A DNA stretch of 64,000 nucleotides, taken from NCBI GenBank assembly GCA_963706575.1, contig CAVPNL010000022.1, positions 1 to 64,000 of the forward strand. The letters run 5' to 3'. Below the pieces are notes generated by a model that worked only from the letters and a program-made list of their open reading frames with translations, had not been told where the DNA came from and did no database searches. Every line of letters starts with the position of its first letter. The first letter of the stretch is position 1. The translations under genes and the position numbers were made by a program. The DNA comes from an uncultured delta proteobacterium. GTDB taxonomy: Bacteria > Desulfobacterota > Desulfobacteria > Desulfobacterales > JAHEIW01. Shown one piece after another: positions 46,340-56,965 of this stretch.

Positions 46340-47677
46340 TTAGTTGGCCTCCAACAGCTCTGCCTGCTCCCGGCCTTTTTCTTCATCGACAAAATAAAAA
46401 AGAATCGCTCCGATAATAAAAAGAATTAAAATGGAAGCAATGCCCCAGCGGGACGCCAGTTGGCCAACAGCGATCACCTGCTCGGGCGTGGGCGCAGGCG
46501 GCATCAGGATGCGTTTGGCGATCAGGCCGACAAGTCCCATCAAAACCGGCCCCAAAATGACAGCGAACTTGCCCAGCATGTTATAAAATCCGTAATATTC
46601 GGCCGCCTTATTTTTGGGAATCAGGCGCGAATAATAAGAACGGCTGAGGGCCTGAATACCGCCCTGCACCAGTCCGATGACCACAGCCAATATGTAGAAT
46701 TCCATTTTGTCGGTCATCATCGTACCCCATACGGTGACCCCCATGTAAATGGCGATAGCGAGATAGATGGATTTGCGGGCCCCCCAGCGCTCTCCCAATT
46801 TGCCGAAGACCAGTGCCGCAGGGAAGCCGACAAATTGAACGATTAATAGCGCCACAATTAAATCGCTGGATTCAAATCCGAGAGCAAGGCCGTAATCCAC
46901 CGCCATTCGGATAATGGTGTCGACTCCGTCGATATAAAACCAATATGCCAGCAGAAAGAGAAAGACGACTTTGAGGTGATGAATCTTTTTGAATGTCCCG
47001 ACAAATTGCCGGAAACCGGCGGCGACAATACTTCCACCGTTGTTATCGGCCGAGGCGTCTTTTTTTTCCGTTACCCAGGATATGGTAAAAAAAGTAAACA
47101 GGCCCCACCACAGCGCCACGGATAGAAATGATACCCGAACGGCGGCTGCGGCGTCGGGCAATCCGAATTTTTGCGGCATCAACGTCATGAGCACATTGAT
47201 CAGAAACAGCAAGCCGCCGCCGAGATAACCCATGGAAAAGCCCAGACCGGAGACGTAGTCGATTTTTTCCTCGCCGACGATAGCCGGCAGCAGGGAATCA
47301 TAAAAGACATTGGCACCGGAAAACCCAATGATGCCCATCGCATAGACAAATATGGCCCAGGCCCACTGCCCCTCTTTGACCAGGAACAAGGCCGCCGTCA
47401 TCAGGACACCCAGGTACGCAAAAAAAACCAGAAATTTCTTTTTGGCCGATCCTTTATCGGCAATCGCGCCCAGAATGGGGGCCATCAAGGCCACCATTAA
47501 ACTGGCAATGGAATTGCCAAATCCTAGCTGGGCGGTACTGACGTTAACATCCGCGCCGGCGCTCCAGAACTGTTTGAAGAAAATCGGGAAAAATCCGGCC
47601 ATCACAGTGGTGGCAAAAGCAGAATTCGCCCAGTCGTATAGTGCCCAGCCCCAAATTGCCTTTCTATCAGGTTTCAT
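46340..47677 (-). CDS. MFS transporter (UMF1/YxiO-like)
   Basis: 'WALYDWANSAF', 'NVFYDSLLP', 'GYLGG', 'QALSRS'; 12 TM. Confidence 0.9.
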   Translation of the reverse strand: MKPDRKAIWGWALYDWANSAFATTVMAGFFPIFFKQFWSAGADVNVSTAQLGFGNSIASLMVALMAPILGAIADKGSAKKKFLVFFAYLGVLMTAALFLVKEGQWAWAIFVYAMGIIGFSGANVFYDSLLPAIVGEEKIDYVSGLGFSMGYLGGGLLFLINVLMTLMPQKFGLPDAAAAVRVSFLSVALWWGLFTFFTISWVTEKKDASADNNGGSIVAAGFRQFVGTFKKIHHLKVVFLFLLAYWFYIDGVDTIIRMAVDYGLALGFESSDLIVALLIVQFVGFPAALVFGKLGERWGARKSIYLAIAIYMGVTVWGTMMTDKMEFYILAVVIGLVQGGIQALSRSYYSRLIPKNKAAEYYGFYNMLGKFAVILGPVLMGLVGLIAKRILMPPAPTPEQVIAVGQLASRWGIASILILFIIGAILFYFVDEEKGREQAELLEAN

Positions 47678-47706
47678 ACCGATGTCTCCGTGTTCAGTAT
47701 CAGCAT

Positions 47707-47805
47707 GTGTCAGGTGTTAGTTATAAAAAGGTTTCAGGTGTCAGGTGTCAGTTTTCGAATTCCTGACACCTGAACACTGAAACCTAATATTGGATACCTG
47801 AACCT
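47707..47805. repeat. Inverted heptamer element (CAGGTGT / ACACCTG arms)
   Basis: ggtttcaggtgtcaggtgtcag ... cctgacacctgaacactgaaacct. Confidence 0.85.
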
Positions 47806-47866
47806 AAGAATTAATACGAAAACTTAAAAGTATCAAGGGACTGCTGCTTTGATTTTATGCTTTTTG

Positions 47867-48583
47867 CTACCGCCCGACCGGCACAAAATACAGCGGCTGC
47901 TCATCGGTGGGCAGGTTGGCAATTGCTTTCACCTCTGCGTCACGAAAGGCACCGATCACTGCCGTGTGAAGCCCCAGTGCAATTGCCTGCAAACAGACGT
48001 TCTGGGCCGCATGACCGGCCTCCATATGAACATAACGGATTCCCCTTTGACCGTACTTTCCCGTCGTACGCTCATATACAGCGCAGAACAATATAACCGC
48101 GGGTGCTTTTTTTATGGAGCCCTGGCGCAGGGCAGCGCGGCTGAGATCGGATCGTTTGTCTCCTGAGACGATTTCAAGCAGGGCATGGTCTTGAGGCGTG
48201 TACTTATATATAGCGGCCGGCAGGTTTTTAACATTCCCGGCAATTAGGTATAACTCCAATGGATAAAGCGCACCGGCGGAAGGCGCCGTCCGAAAACCCC
48301 GCCTGCTCGTAATACCCTGGGCCGACCACAAGATCTGGGAAATTTCGGTGATGTCCAACCGGTCATCTTTATATGATCGCACAGACCGTCTCTGCTGCAA
48401 GGCCTGTTCGACCGATACATCTCCAGCATAGCGCGGTTCGGGCAAGGGGATGGGCTTTGAAGGGGTTGCCGGTGACATGGTTTCACATCTTCCGGGCGAA
48501 ACAGGATTTAATATCAGGCACACGACGATTACGGCCTGGGCTGCCGCCCCAAGGTGGTGTCCCCAATGCAATTTACAAAACAT
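47867..48583 (-). CDS. SagB/ThcOx-type nitroreductase family protein
   Basis: 'RRSVRSY', 'QILWSAQG', 'RTAPSAGALYPLE', 'EAGHAAQN', 'IGAF'; start uncertain. Confidence 0.88.
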   Translation of the reverse strand: MFCKLHWGHHLGAAAQAVIVVCLILNPVSPGRCETMSPATPSKPIPLPEPRYAGDVSVEQALQQRRSVRSYKDDRLDITEISQILWSAQGITSRRGFRTAPSAGALYPLELYLIAGNVKNLPAAIYKYTPQDHALLEIVSGDKRSDLSRAALRQGSIKKAPAVILFCAVYERTTGKYGQRGIRYVHMEAGHAAQNVCLQAIALGLHTAVIGAFRDAEVKAIANLPTDEQPLYFVPVGR

Positions 48584-48624
48584 GGGTTGATTGCATAAAA
48601 TTTCTGTTTCAAAAGTAAATACGT

Positions 48625-48775
48625 TTAAATCCCAAATTTCAAGCACTAAATTCGACTCGACTGAGCCGTTCGGCCCTGAGCTCACGGTCGATGGGCTCGT
48701 CGCAGGCCAAATAAGCTCCAGATTCCAATGTTTCAATGACCCAAATATTGTTTGAGATTTTGAATTTCGATTGCA
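48625..48775. repeat. Inverted low-complexity element (AAATCCC/TTTCAAT units) carrying nested hairpin modules
   Basis: aaatcccaaatttcaagcactaaa-[module]-caaataagctcc...gtttgagattttgaattt. Confidence 0.65.
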
Positions 48776-48777
48776 AT

Positions 48778-51700
48778 TTAATGGGGGTTGGATTTTTTTG
48801 AGTATTCCATTAAGCGTTTATGCAGCCGCTCAGCCCGCAAGCAGAACGTTTCCAGCTTGGCATCAATCACTTGCGGAAAAGGAGAACCATCGCTTTCGAT
48901 TGCCAGAAATGGAAGGTCCTCGATATCGGTCAGAACAGCCTTCAGTTGATTGTTTTTCGGTTCAGTGGCCAGTTTCCCCTGGCGGGTCATGGTTTCGTTT
49001 AAAATGGCCTCCGACAACCGGTTGGGCATGCAGCCAAACGGACCGATAGCGATGACACCGCAAGAAAGGGATACGATTTCCGTCAGGGAGCCTCCGACGG
49101 TCAAAACCGCTTCTCCCGGAAGATCCTTCGAAATGTAGCTTGACGCATTGTTGACGAAAGTGTCAATATCGATGGGCTCAGCGTGCACCAGCCCTGATTC
49201 TGAAAGAATGGCTTTGATTCGCTTTTCATAGCGGGCCTGGAATTTGCTGCGAAGCTTAAATTTTAATTTCTCCAGCAGGGTCATCGAATCGGGGCTCAGC
49301 CCCTGATCGACCATGTAGTTGCAGTACAAAACCCATTCTGCCACCGGTGAGCACATCGTGGCGAATCCTTTTTCAGCCAGACGCTCGGTGATATTTTGAC
49401 GGGAGAGCGCATCCCGGCGCACAAATATTTCGCCTGACAGGGTGATTGTCGGAACCGTTTCAACCGGCTGCTTCATGGGAATTTTTCGCAGATGGCCGGC
49501 GGTGTGCATTAATTGTTCTTCAAGTACCGAAAATCCTCCCTTTTCCAGCGCTGCTAATATCGCCTGCCACTCCGCTTCAAATGTTTCCACGGCTTTTTCG
49601 GTGTCCACCGCATTGACCAAAATCATCGATCGGATATCTTCCATGACGTCGGCAGCAACCACGGCCCACCAGGCCCGGGTGTCAAAATCCTTTTCCATTC
49701 CCACATAGCCGTCCTCGGAAGACAGCGTAAACAGGGCGACATCCGGAATTTCAAGGCGCTTGATGAGATCCTCCATAAAAATATAATATTGCCCGAAGCG
49801 ACACGGTCCGGAGCCGGTGGCAAAAAAATAGACGACGACCTCGCCGTCCCTTTTACCGTTATTGACGTAATTCAGAAGTGTTCCGGTCGTTAGAATCAGC
49901 GGCAGACATTCTTTGCAGGATGTGTTGGCGCGTCCGAGTTTTAACACCGCTTCGTCCGAAGGCCGATGGGCTTTGGCATGAAATCCCGATCCTTTCAAAA
50001 CAGCCGCAAAGGCCTCGGAAGTCAATTTCCCCATGGAGGGCAGCAGCACGGTAACCCGTGGATCGGCCATCGGCAAAGCTTCGCCGGATGAGGTCAGCAC
50101 TTTTGCCGTTCCGTTTACGTTGGCTATCTGAGCCGGTCGAAAGGATTTGTTGGGTTGAATAATTTTTTTCTGAGCAACCAGCTTTCGATAGGCGTGCACG
50201 ATATCCAAAAAAGCTTCAACACGGGTCTCCAGCCCGGCGTCGGCCGTATGGCTGTCGAGTTCCAGCGTTAAAGAAGGTTTGCGACCCATAATCTCTCTGA
50301 AATACCCGACGACAAATGAATCCGGCCCGCAGGAAAAGTTGGTTATATAGGTGCCGAACAGCTGGGGGTGGCGTTCGACGAGCCGACCCGCCTTCATCAT
50401 TATTTTGCCCATTCCCCAGTACATATGGCGCTTGGAACGCTCTTTATCAAATTTGAGAAAATCCAGCGGCATCACCAGAACACCTCGTGATGCGAATTTG
50501 TGGGGGATACCCATGTGGGCTTCATCCGCATACCCGTTATAGGGTCGCGAGAAAATAACCACTGCAAATTTATCAGGATCAGCTTCCAGCTGCGCTAGGG
50601 CCTTTTGCCCGATCACTTTCATTTCCGCCATACAATCGTTTTGTTTCCGCAAGGCTTTTGCAAAGGCGGCCTCGGCTGTTTTGCGCTTCAATCCCATTTG
50701 AACGGCGGATTGTATCAGTGGCGCTTTGGCGTCCTCTAATCCGTGGGATAGATCGATCAATGGGCTTAACAGCTTGGTGCCGGTTTGCGCCAGCCGGTCC
50801 AGCCGGTTACGGAACGTGGTTTGCAGATAAAACGTTTCACCCTGAACCAGCGGGCAAACCTGGGATTGGGAATGCGCATCGGAGGCGTTATCGCTGGGCA
50901 CCGCTTTGAAATGCGGCAGAAAAATGTAGTCCAGGGGGTTGCCGGATTTGATCAGCGTATAGAAAAAGCCATGGGCCAGTTCGGCCGGATAACAAAACGG
51001 GGCATTGCGTTGCTCAATGCCTTCCTGGGATGGTTCCCGGGGTAATACGATTTCGTAACCCAGTTCAGCGAAAAAGTTGGAATACAGCGGATAATAGGTG
51101 TACGTCAAAAAGCTTCTGTTAAAACCGATCGTGCCCCGTTGTTTTACACCCATTTTTACCGGGGAGCTGGCGCCGTATTTTTCAAATATGAGCTTCTGAC
51201 GAAGTTTGACAAGGTCGAGGCTGGCAACATCATAGCTTACGTTGTGGCGCAAATTATAATAACGATTGCAGGCGCCGCCGAAGGGATATTTTTTGCCTTC
51301 AATCTTTATCATTGCAATTTCACAACGCCGGTCGCATTTTTCTTTGCCGCCTTTGCATACAAATGATTTCCCATAGGCGACTTCGCGGTTTGTCAGGGTT
51401 TGCAGATCAAAATCCGTTGCAGTCAGCAATCCGGCATCAATGCGATTTTTAACTTCCAGGGCAACGCCGTAGGCCCCCATAAGACCGGGTTCCGGCGGAA
51501 CAACGATGGGTTTGCCGACCAGTGATGCCATTGCCAGCGGTACGGCTTTATTGTAGCAAACACCGCCCTGCATATACACTTTTTCACCCACCGGTCGGTT
51601 GCCTTTTACGCGATTTGAATAGTTCATGCAGATGGAATAGACCAGCCCGGCAACAATGTCCTGGTGCCGCACCCCTTCATGAATGGCGTTTTTGATATCC

Positions 51701-53193
51701 GAAGATATGAATGCGGCGCACTGATCATTAAAATTGGGCGGATGCTCCCCCTGCAAGGCCACATCGGCGATTTTTTCCATTTCAACCCCAAGGGTTTCAT
51801 AGGCCGATTCTTCTAAGAAAGATCCGGTACCGGCCGAACAGGCCTCGTTCATGGCATAGTCGGATGGCACCGCATTGGTGATATAAGTGTATTTGGCGTC
51901 CTGCCCGCCGATTTCGAAGATTGTGTCCACCTTGGGGTCAAAGTATATCGCGGCGGTGGCATGGGCGATGATTTCGTTGATGACACCGTCGGTGAGGGCA
52001 TGCAAACCGGCAATCTGACGTCCTGAGCCGCAAACCCCGAGGCCGACAATCGATAATTGGGCCGGATCCATCTGCCGTTTGACCTGCTCTAAAATGGAGC
52101 CATAACAGCGCCGGGAGGCGCCGACCGGGTCACCGTCTGTGCGCAGGTACACTGAAGCTAACATGGCATTATCTGAAGTTCGCATCAGTACCGCTTTGGT
52201 TGTGGTGGAACCGACATCCAGGCCAAAAATACAAACATCACCGGGGGCCATTTGTCCCTTTTCGATGGTTTTAAATTCCACCTGCGCGGCATAATCATTT
52301 AACGGCGGCAATGTGTCGAAGGAGGCCATTTCCGAAAAAAATAAGTTCTCCAGACCGGGATAGCGGTCTGTTTCATGCTCAAGTGCCCATACGGCGGCGC
52401 CCAAAGCCTCGAAATAGGGAGCTTCATCCGGAACGATGAGCCCCGGTATCTCCTGGTTCAAGTATTCGATCATCATGCGGTTGCGAGCCGTGCCGCCGGT
52501 AACCATCAAATTGCGCTTCTCGACTTTTTTCAGGAGTTCCATAACTTTATTGGCCATCATTTTACACAATCCGGCGGTGACCTGTGATTTTGGAATTCCT
52601 TTGTTGGTGGCGTGGGTGCAATCGGATTTGCAGAATACCGAGCACCGTCCGGAAACGTGATGGGGCGACTCGACTGCCGCCCACCGGGCGGCCTCATCCA
52701 ACGAAACATTCATGCGCCGCAATTGCTGCAAAAAGAATTCGCCGGTGCCTGAGGCACATTTGTTTCCGGTGATGACATTGGATATGCGCCCGGCTCGATC
52801 CAGAGCATAAACCATAAAGGTTTCTCCACCGGCGGAGATTACGGCCGGGCAGGAAACATCTGCCGGTTTGATATGTTGATATGCGTATTCCACCGCCTCC
52901 GGTTCGGATATGGATGTCAGGTTTACAAATTTGCGGAATTTACGTCCGGTGGCGGCGATTCTGTCAAATGAACTCAAATCCAGCTGTTCAAGGGCTTTTA
53001 CCAGTGTTTGTTTGGGATCGCCCTCATGGGGAAAAAGGCCATACTCAATCAGTGTCGGTTTTGGACCCTGATGGTCATCACCGGGACCACGCTGGTCGTG
53101 ATTGTCGCTTTGGTCTTGATCCAGTTTCATCTGGACCAGGGATACGGTCGATGCTCCCAGACAGATACCCAGAGATTTTATTGTTTCAGCCAT
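48778..53193 (-). CDS. Multidomain 2-hydroxyacyl-CoA dehydratase activator (CoA activase; two ASKHA ATPase domains plus DUF2229-like region)
   Basis: 'KCASGTGEF', 'GLDVGSTTTK', 'EIGGQDAK', 'MNEACSAGTGSFLEE', 'FSCGPDS', 'GPCRFGQY', 'PFGCMP'. Confidence 0.9.
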   Translation of the reverse strand: MAETIKSLGICLGASTVSLVQMKLDQDQSDNHDQRGPGDDHQGPKPTLIEYGLFPHEGDPKQTLVKALEQLDLSSFDRIAATGRKFRKFVNLTSISEPEAVEYAYQHIKPADVSCPAVISAGGETFMVYALDRAGRISNVITGNKCASGTGEFFLQQLRRMNVSLDEAARWAAVESPHHVSGRCSVFCKSDCTHATNKGIPKSQVTAGLCKMMANKVMELLKKVEKRNLMVTGGTARNRMMIEYLNQEIPGLIVPDEAPYFEALGAAVWALEHETDRYPGLENLFFSEMASFDTLPPLNDYAAQVEFKTIEKGQMAPGDVCIFGLDVGSTTTKAVLMRTSDNAMLASVYLRTDGDPVGASRRCYGSILEQVKRQMDPAQLSIVGLGVCGSGRQIAGLHALTDGVINEIIAHATAAIYFDPKVDTIFEIGGQDAKYTYITNAVPSDYAMNEACSAGTGSFLEESAYETLGVEMEKIADVALQGEHPPNFNDQCAAFISSDIKNAIHEGVRHQDIVAGLVYSICMNYSNRVKGNRPVGEKVYMQGGVCYNKAVPLAMASLVGKPIVVPPEPGLMGAYGVALEVKNRIDAGLLTATDFDLQTLTNREVAYGKSFVCKGGKEKCDRRCEIAMIKIEGKKYPFGGACNRYYNLRHNVSYDVASLDLVKLRQKLIFEKYGASSPVKMGVKQRGTIGFNRSFLTYTYYPLYSNFFAELGYEIVLPREPSQEGIEQRNAPFCYPAELAHGFFYTLIKSGNPLDYIFLPHFKAVPSDNASDAHSQSQVCPLVQGETFYLQTTFRNRLDRLAQTGTKLLSPLIDLSHGLEDAKAPLIQSAVQMGLKRKTAEAAFAKALRKQNDCMAEMKVIGQKALAQLEADPDKFAVVIFSRPYNGYADEAHMGIPHKFASRGVLVMPLDFLKFDKERSKRHMYWGMGKIMMKAGRLVERHPQLFGTYITNFSCGPDSFVVGYFREIMGRKPSLTLELDSHTADAGLETRVEAFLDIVHAYRKLVAQKKIIQPNKSFRPAQIANVNGTAKVLTSSGEALPMADPRVTVLLPSMGKLTSEAFAAVLKGSGFHAKAHRPSDEAVLKLGRANTSCKECLPLILTTGTLLNYVNNGKRDGEVVVYFFATGSGPCRFGQYYIFMEDLIKRLEIPDVALFTLSSEDGYVGMEKDFDTRAWWAVVAADVMEDIRSMILVNAVDTEKAVETFEAEWQAILAALEKGGFSVLEEQLMHTAGHLRKIPMKQPVETVPTITLSGEIFVRRDALSRQNITERLAEKGFATMCSPVAEWVLYCNYMVDQGLSPDSMTLLEKLKFKLRSKFQARYEKRIKAILSESGLVHAEPIDIDTFVNNASSYISKDLPGEAVLTVGGSLTEIVSLSCGVIAIGPFGCMPNRLSEAILNETMTRQGKLATEPKNNQLKAVLTDIEDLPFLAIESDGSPFPQVIDAKLETFCLRAERLHKRLMEYSKKSNPH

Positions 53194-53583
53194 TATTTAT
53201 TGTGCAACTCCCAGTCGATTTAATCTTTAACAATATTGATAAGCAGGTATCCAAAAATTTTTCTATTGGGAATTTTTGTGGCCCAATATTCGGTTCATGC
53301 CATAGCAGGCCTAGAACCTGATTATGGAATTCATTTTCCAAATATCCGGTCACCCGAAGGTTGGCTAAAAGATAATGTCCGGTCTTCTGGCGTTATGTCA
53401 CCGCCAAAAGGCCAGCTTTTCCGGAAAGGCTTTCAAATAGGCTTAACACGCTCCCGGGGGAAGAACTTAAACCTCCGCAGCGGACATCGTTTTTATTTTA
53501 TGCAACTTTGTAGCACCTATTGAACTTTTTTTATTACTTTAATTTGAACCCACATGCAAGGCTTATATTCGTTAAAAAAGCGG

Positions 53584-53620
53584 TTGACAATAAAACGATT
53601 GTTTTATACAAGCGTTTGAT
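53584..53620 (+). promoter_or_regulatory. Promoter with overlapping palindromic operator (probable TetR autoregulation)
   Basis: TTGACA 53584-53589 followed by TAAAAC-GATT-GTTTTA (53591-53606) and a second imperfect copy. Confidence 0.6.
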
Positions 53621-53641
53621 TCGTGCAAAGGATAATACCCC

Positions 53642-54310
53642 ATGGATGATAGCCAAAAACTGAAGACCGCCAATAATGATCACACCAAGGAACGGATTCT
53701 TGATGAAGCCGAAGCGCTGTTTGCCTTAAAAGGATATGATGCGGTCAGTGTCAGGGAAATTACGGGTGCAGCCAATTGCAATCTTGCTGCCGTAAACTAT
53801 CACTTCGGCAACAAAAAAAATCTTTATCTGGAAGTTTTTCGGTCCCGCTGGCTGCCACGCGCCTCCCGCATAAAAAAAAGTTTTCAGGATTCTTTAAAAG
53901 CCGACGTTCCGTTGACGCCATCTGCGGTTGTCCAGTCTCTGGCCCGGGCTTTTCTGGCAGGACCCTTTTCGGAGGAAGAGCGCAAACGCCACCACCAGTT
54001 GATTTCCAGTGAACTGGCCAAACCCACCGAGGCTTTCAAAATGATCGCCGACCAGGCCATGCGGCCTTTGTTTGACAGTTTGTTTGAGGATTTGCGATGC
54101 GTTCTACCGGATGATATTGAGGAGGAAAAACTGGTCCTTAACATCTGCAGTGTGTTTGCCATGGTGCTCTATTTTAATTTCGCGCGAATACTGATTAGCA
54201 GATTTACCGGCTGTGATTATGATGCGGATTTCAAAGGGCGTTTGGTTGATCACATCGTTGAATTTTCAATCAATGGATTGGGCGCCAAATCAAAGGAGAC
54301 CGGGATATGA
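53642..54310 (+). CDS. TetR family regulator (CecR-like)
   Basis: 'GYDAVSVREITGAANCNLAAVNYHFGNKKNLY'. Confidence 0.93.
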   Translation: MDDSQKLKTANNDHTKERILDEAEALFALKGYDAVSVREITGAANCNLAAVNYHFGNKKNLYLEVFRSRWLPRASRIKKSFQDSLKADVPLTPSAVVQSLARAFLAGPFSEEERKRHHQLISSELAKPTEAFKMIADQAMRPLFDSLFEDLRCVLPDDIEEEKLVLNICSVFAMVLYFNFARILISRFTGCDYDADFKGRLVDHIVEFSINGLGAKSKETGI

Positions 54311-55782
54311 AATATTGGTTTTTTTTATTTAGCTTGGCATTCCTTTTATTTACCGGCCTGAACGGCTGCATTAACTTGGGTCCTGATTACCAGCGTCCCG
54401 AGCTGGGGGTGAAAATTCCGGAATCCTACCAGAATGACCGCAGCGAACCGGCCTTCAATCCGGTTATGGAGGATCGCTGGTGGCAGGATTTCGATGACCC
54501 TGAGCTCAATGAGCTGGTTGAAGAGGTTTTAAAACGAAACTGGGATTTGAAGCAGGCAACCGCCCGAATATTAGAATCCCGGGCCCAGTATGTTCAGGTC
54601 AGTGCCGACCGCTGGCCTCAGGCCGGTCTTGATTATAAATGGGATAAACGTCGCTTCGGCGGCGTTAATGTCGGTCGCGGCGAAACGATTACCACCCATC
54701 AGCTGACCTTCCCGGCGCTTTTTGAAATCGATCTGTGGAGTCAGCTGGCCAAATCATCCGAAGCGGCCCGCCATGACATCCTGGTAAGTGAAGAAAATCG
54801 CCGAACCATCGCCCAGACCCTGGTGGCCGAAACCATCAACCTGTATTTGCAGATCGAAGCGTCCGAGCGCAGATTGCAAATCGCCGATCAGAGCATCGAG
54901 GCCTTCAAACGCAGTTTGCAGTTTGTTGATACCCGCTACAGGCGCGGCCTGACATCAGTGCTGGATGTGCGGCAGGCACGACGATTACTGGCCGGGGCTG
55001 AAACGCTTGTTCCCCAGTTGCAGCAGCAGCTGGGGATTTTACAGCAGCAGCTATCGGTTTTGCTGGGACGCTACCCCGAAACCCGGCCGGCGCGCTCCCA
55101 GCCTGCAGATTATTACCGGCGGCCGGATCCGGTGCCGACCGGGCTGCCTTCGACATTGCTGTTGAGGCGACCGGATATCCGGGCGGCAGAGGCCCGACTG
55201 GTGGCCTTAAACCAAAGGATTGGTTCGGCCAAAGCCGCCCGCTTTCCGGCAATCACCTTAACCGGCAGTTACGGCTGGAATGCCGATGGCAAAGACCGGC
55301 TTTTTAAAAGCGACAGTGTCATCTGGAACTTTTCCCGCGGGGTTGTGCAACCGTTGATGGACGCCGGCCGCTTGAAAGCCCGCCAGCGCGGCATTGAAGC
55401 CCAGTACCAGCAGGCCGTATCGGATTATGCCGACGCGATTTTAAATGCCTTTGCCGAAGTGGAAGGCGCCCTGTTGACCCGCAAAAAGCAGCTCGAACGC
55501 CGGGAACGTGAGATTATTTTTTTAGAGGAGGCGCGCGCAACCCAGCGCGTGGCCCAAAACCGCTATATCAAAGGACTGAGTGAATATCTGGATGTACTCG
55601 ACGCCCAGCAAACCCGTTTTACCGCTGAAGGCAATCTGGTCCTGGTGGATTTGAACATTTTAACCAACCGCGTCAATTTGCATCGCGCCCTGGGCGGCAG
55701 CTGGGCAGTGCCCGCGCCGATAGTGCTCGAACGTGACGGCTACTTCTTTGACTTTAAAACGAGAGACACCTCCTATGAGTAA
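54307..55782 (+). CDS. Efflux outer membrane lipoprotein (NodT/OprM/TolC family)
   Basis: Lipobox 'LNGC', 'GPDYQRP', 'WWQDFDDPELN', 'RRPDIRAAE', 'RALGGSW'. Confidence 0.93.
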   Translation: MKYWFFLFSLAFLLFTGLNGCINLGPDYQRPELGVKIPESYQNDRSEPAFNPVMEDRWWQDFDDPELNELVEEVLKRNWDLKQATARILESRAQYVQVSADRWPQAGLDYKWDKRRFGGVNVGRGETITTHQLTFPALFEIDLWSQLAKSSEAARHDILVSEENRRTIAQTLVAETINLYLQIEASERRLQIADQSIEAFKRSLQFVDTRYRRGLTSVLDVRQARRLLAGAETLVPQLQQQLGILQQQLSVLLGRYPETRPARSQPADYYRRPDPVPTGLPSTLLLRRPDIRAAEARLVALNQRIGSAKAARFPAITLTGSYGWNADGKDRLFKSDSVIWNFSRGVVQPLMDAGRLKARQRGIEAQYQQAVSDYADAILNAFAEVEGALLTRKKQLERREREIIFLEEARATQRVAQNRYIKGLSEYLDVLDAQQTRFTAEGNLVLVDLNILTNRVNLHRALGGSWAVPAPIVLERDGYFFDFKTRDTSYE

Positions 55783-56965
55783 GCACAAACCGCGAATTAT
55801 TCATTTTATCGTTACCCTGGTCTTCATCGGAATCGGCGCCCTGGTATTTGTGGTCCTGACGGCCACCAAACCGAAACTGGAGCGCACCCAACCGCCGGTG
55901 CCCAAACCGATGGTTAGCGTGGCCAGGATTAAAACGCGTCCTCAGGTCGTGATCATCAGCGGCGAAGGCACCGTTAGACCCCTGCGTGAAATCCAACTGG
56001 TTCCGCAGGTAAACGGCAAGGTGGTATTTACGTCCCGGGCCCTGGTAAACGGCGGTGAGTTTCAAAAAGGAGACGTGTTGCTGCGCATTGATCCGGTTGA
56101 CTATCAATTAGCGGTTACCCTGGCACAGGCCCAGATCAAAGACTCTGAAAGCAAATTAAGAATCGCCGAGGAAGAAGCGGCGGTATCCCGGGATGAATGG
56201 CGCCTGCTTTATAAAGATAAAGCTGATCCTCAAAACAACGAGATACCGGCCCTGGCCGCCAAAGAGCCTCAATTGGCAGCGGCGAAAGCCAAACTGGCAG
56301 CCGATCGGGCCAATCTTCAGAAAGCCATGCTGAATCTGGAGCGGACCGAAATCAAAGCGCCGTTTGACGGTCGGGTTGACGAGGAAAATGTCGATATCGG
56401 TCAATACGTCGCCGTCGGCCAGGCGCTGGCCACGCTTTTTTCAATCAACCAGGCGGAGATTGTGGTGCCCTTCGAAGACGAGGACCTTTACTGGTTTCAC
56501 GTACCCGGATTCACCCCGGGTGACGAAGCGGGATCGGTGGTCAGCGTCAGCACCCGCGTTGCCGGTAGAGAATCCCTCTGGCCGGGCAGGGTGGTTCGGG
56601 CGGAAGGCAAGCTCGATGAACGCACGCGCATGATCAATGTCGTCATCCGCGTGAACAAGCCCTATGAGACGAAGCCGCCACTGGTCGTCGGGCTCTTTGT
56701 TACGGTGGATATCGAAGGTCGTACGCTGGAAAATGCGGCCATGCTGCCCCGGGCGGCCTTGCGTGAAAACAATGTGGTCTGGGTGGTTGATGAAAACGGG
56801 CAGTTGACTTTCCGCAAAGTAAACGTTGCCCGCCTGACATCCGATGCGGTGCTCGTCGAAGGGGGGCTTAAAAACGGTGAAATGGTTGTGGTCTCATCAC
56901 TAAGGGCGGTGACCGACGGCATGAAGGTGCGGTTCCGGCAGGCACAGGAGGGCAATGCATCATGA
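55775..56965 (+). CDS. RND efflux periplasmic adaptor (membrane fusion protein)
   Basis: N-terminal TM; 'PQVNGKV', 'IKAPFDGRV', 'TRMINV'. Confidence 0.92.
   Translation: MSKHKPRIIHFIVTLVFIGIGALVFVVLTATKPKLERTQPPVPKPMVSVARIKTRPQVVIISGEGTVRPLREIQLVPQVNGKVVFTSRALVNGGEFQKGDVLLRIDPVDYQLAVTLAQAQIKDSESKLRIAEEEAAVSRDEWRLLYKDKADPQNNEIPALAAKEPQLAAAKAKLAADRANLQKAMLNLERTEIKAPFDGRVDEENVDIGQYVAVGQALATLFSINQAEIVVPFEDEDLYWFHVPGFTPGDEAGSVVSVSTRVAGRESLWPGRVVRAEGKLDERTRMINVVIRVNKPYETKPPLVVGLFVTVDIEGRTLENAAMLPRAALRENNVVWVVDENGQLTFRKVNVARLTSDAVLVEGGLKNGEMVVVSSLRAVTDGMKVRFRQAQEGNAS

Noticed and set aside
47867..48583. RiPP (azole) biosynthesis cluster suggested by the SagB-like protein and the B12 radical SAM enzyme
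   Set aside because: No YcaO, precursor peptide or clustering; stand-alone SagB-type nitroreductases are common.
48584..48736. N-terminal extension of the nitroreductase ORF
   Set aside because: It runs through the repeat and hairpin modules, so it is a spurious extension.
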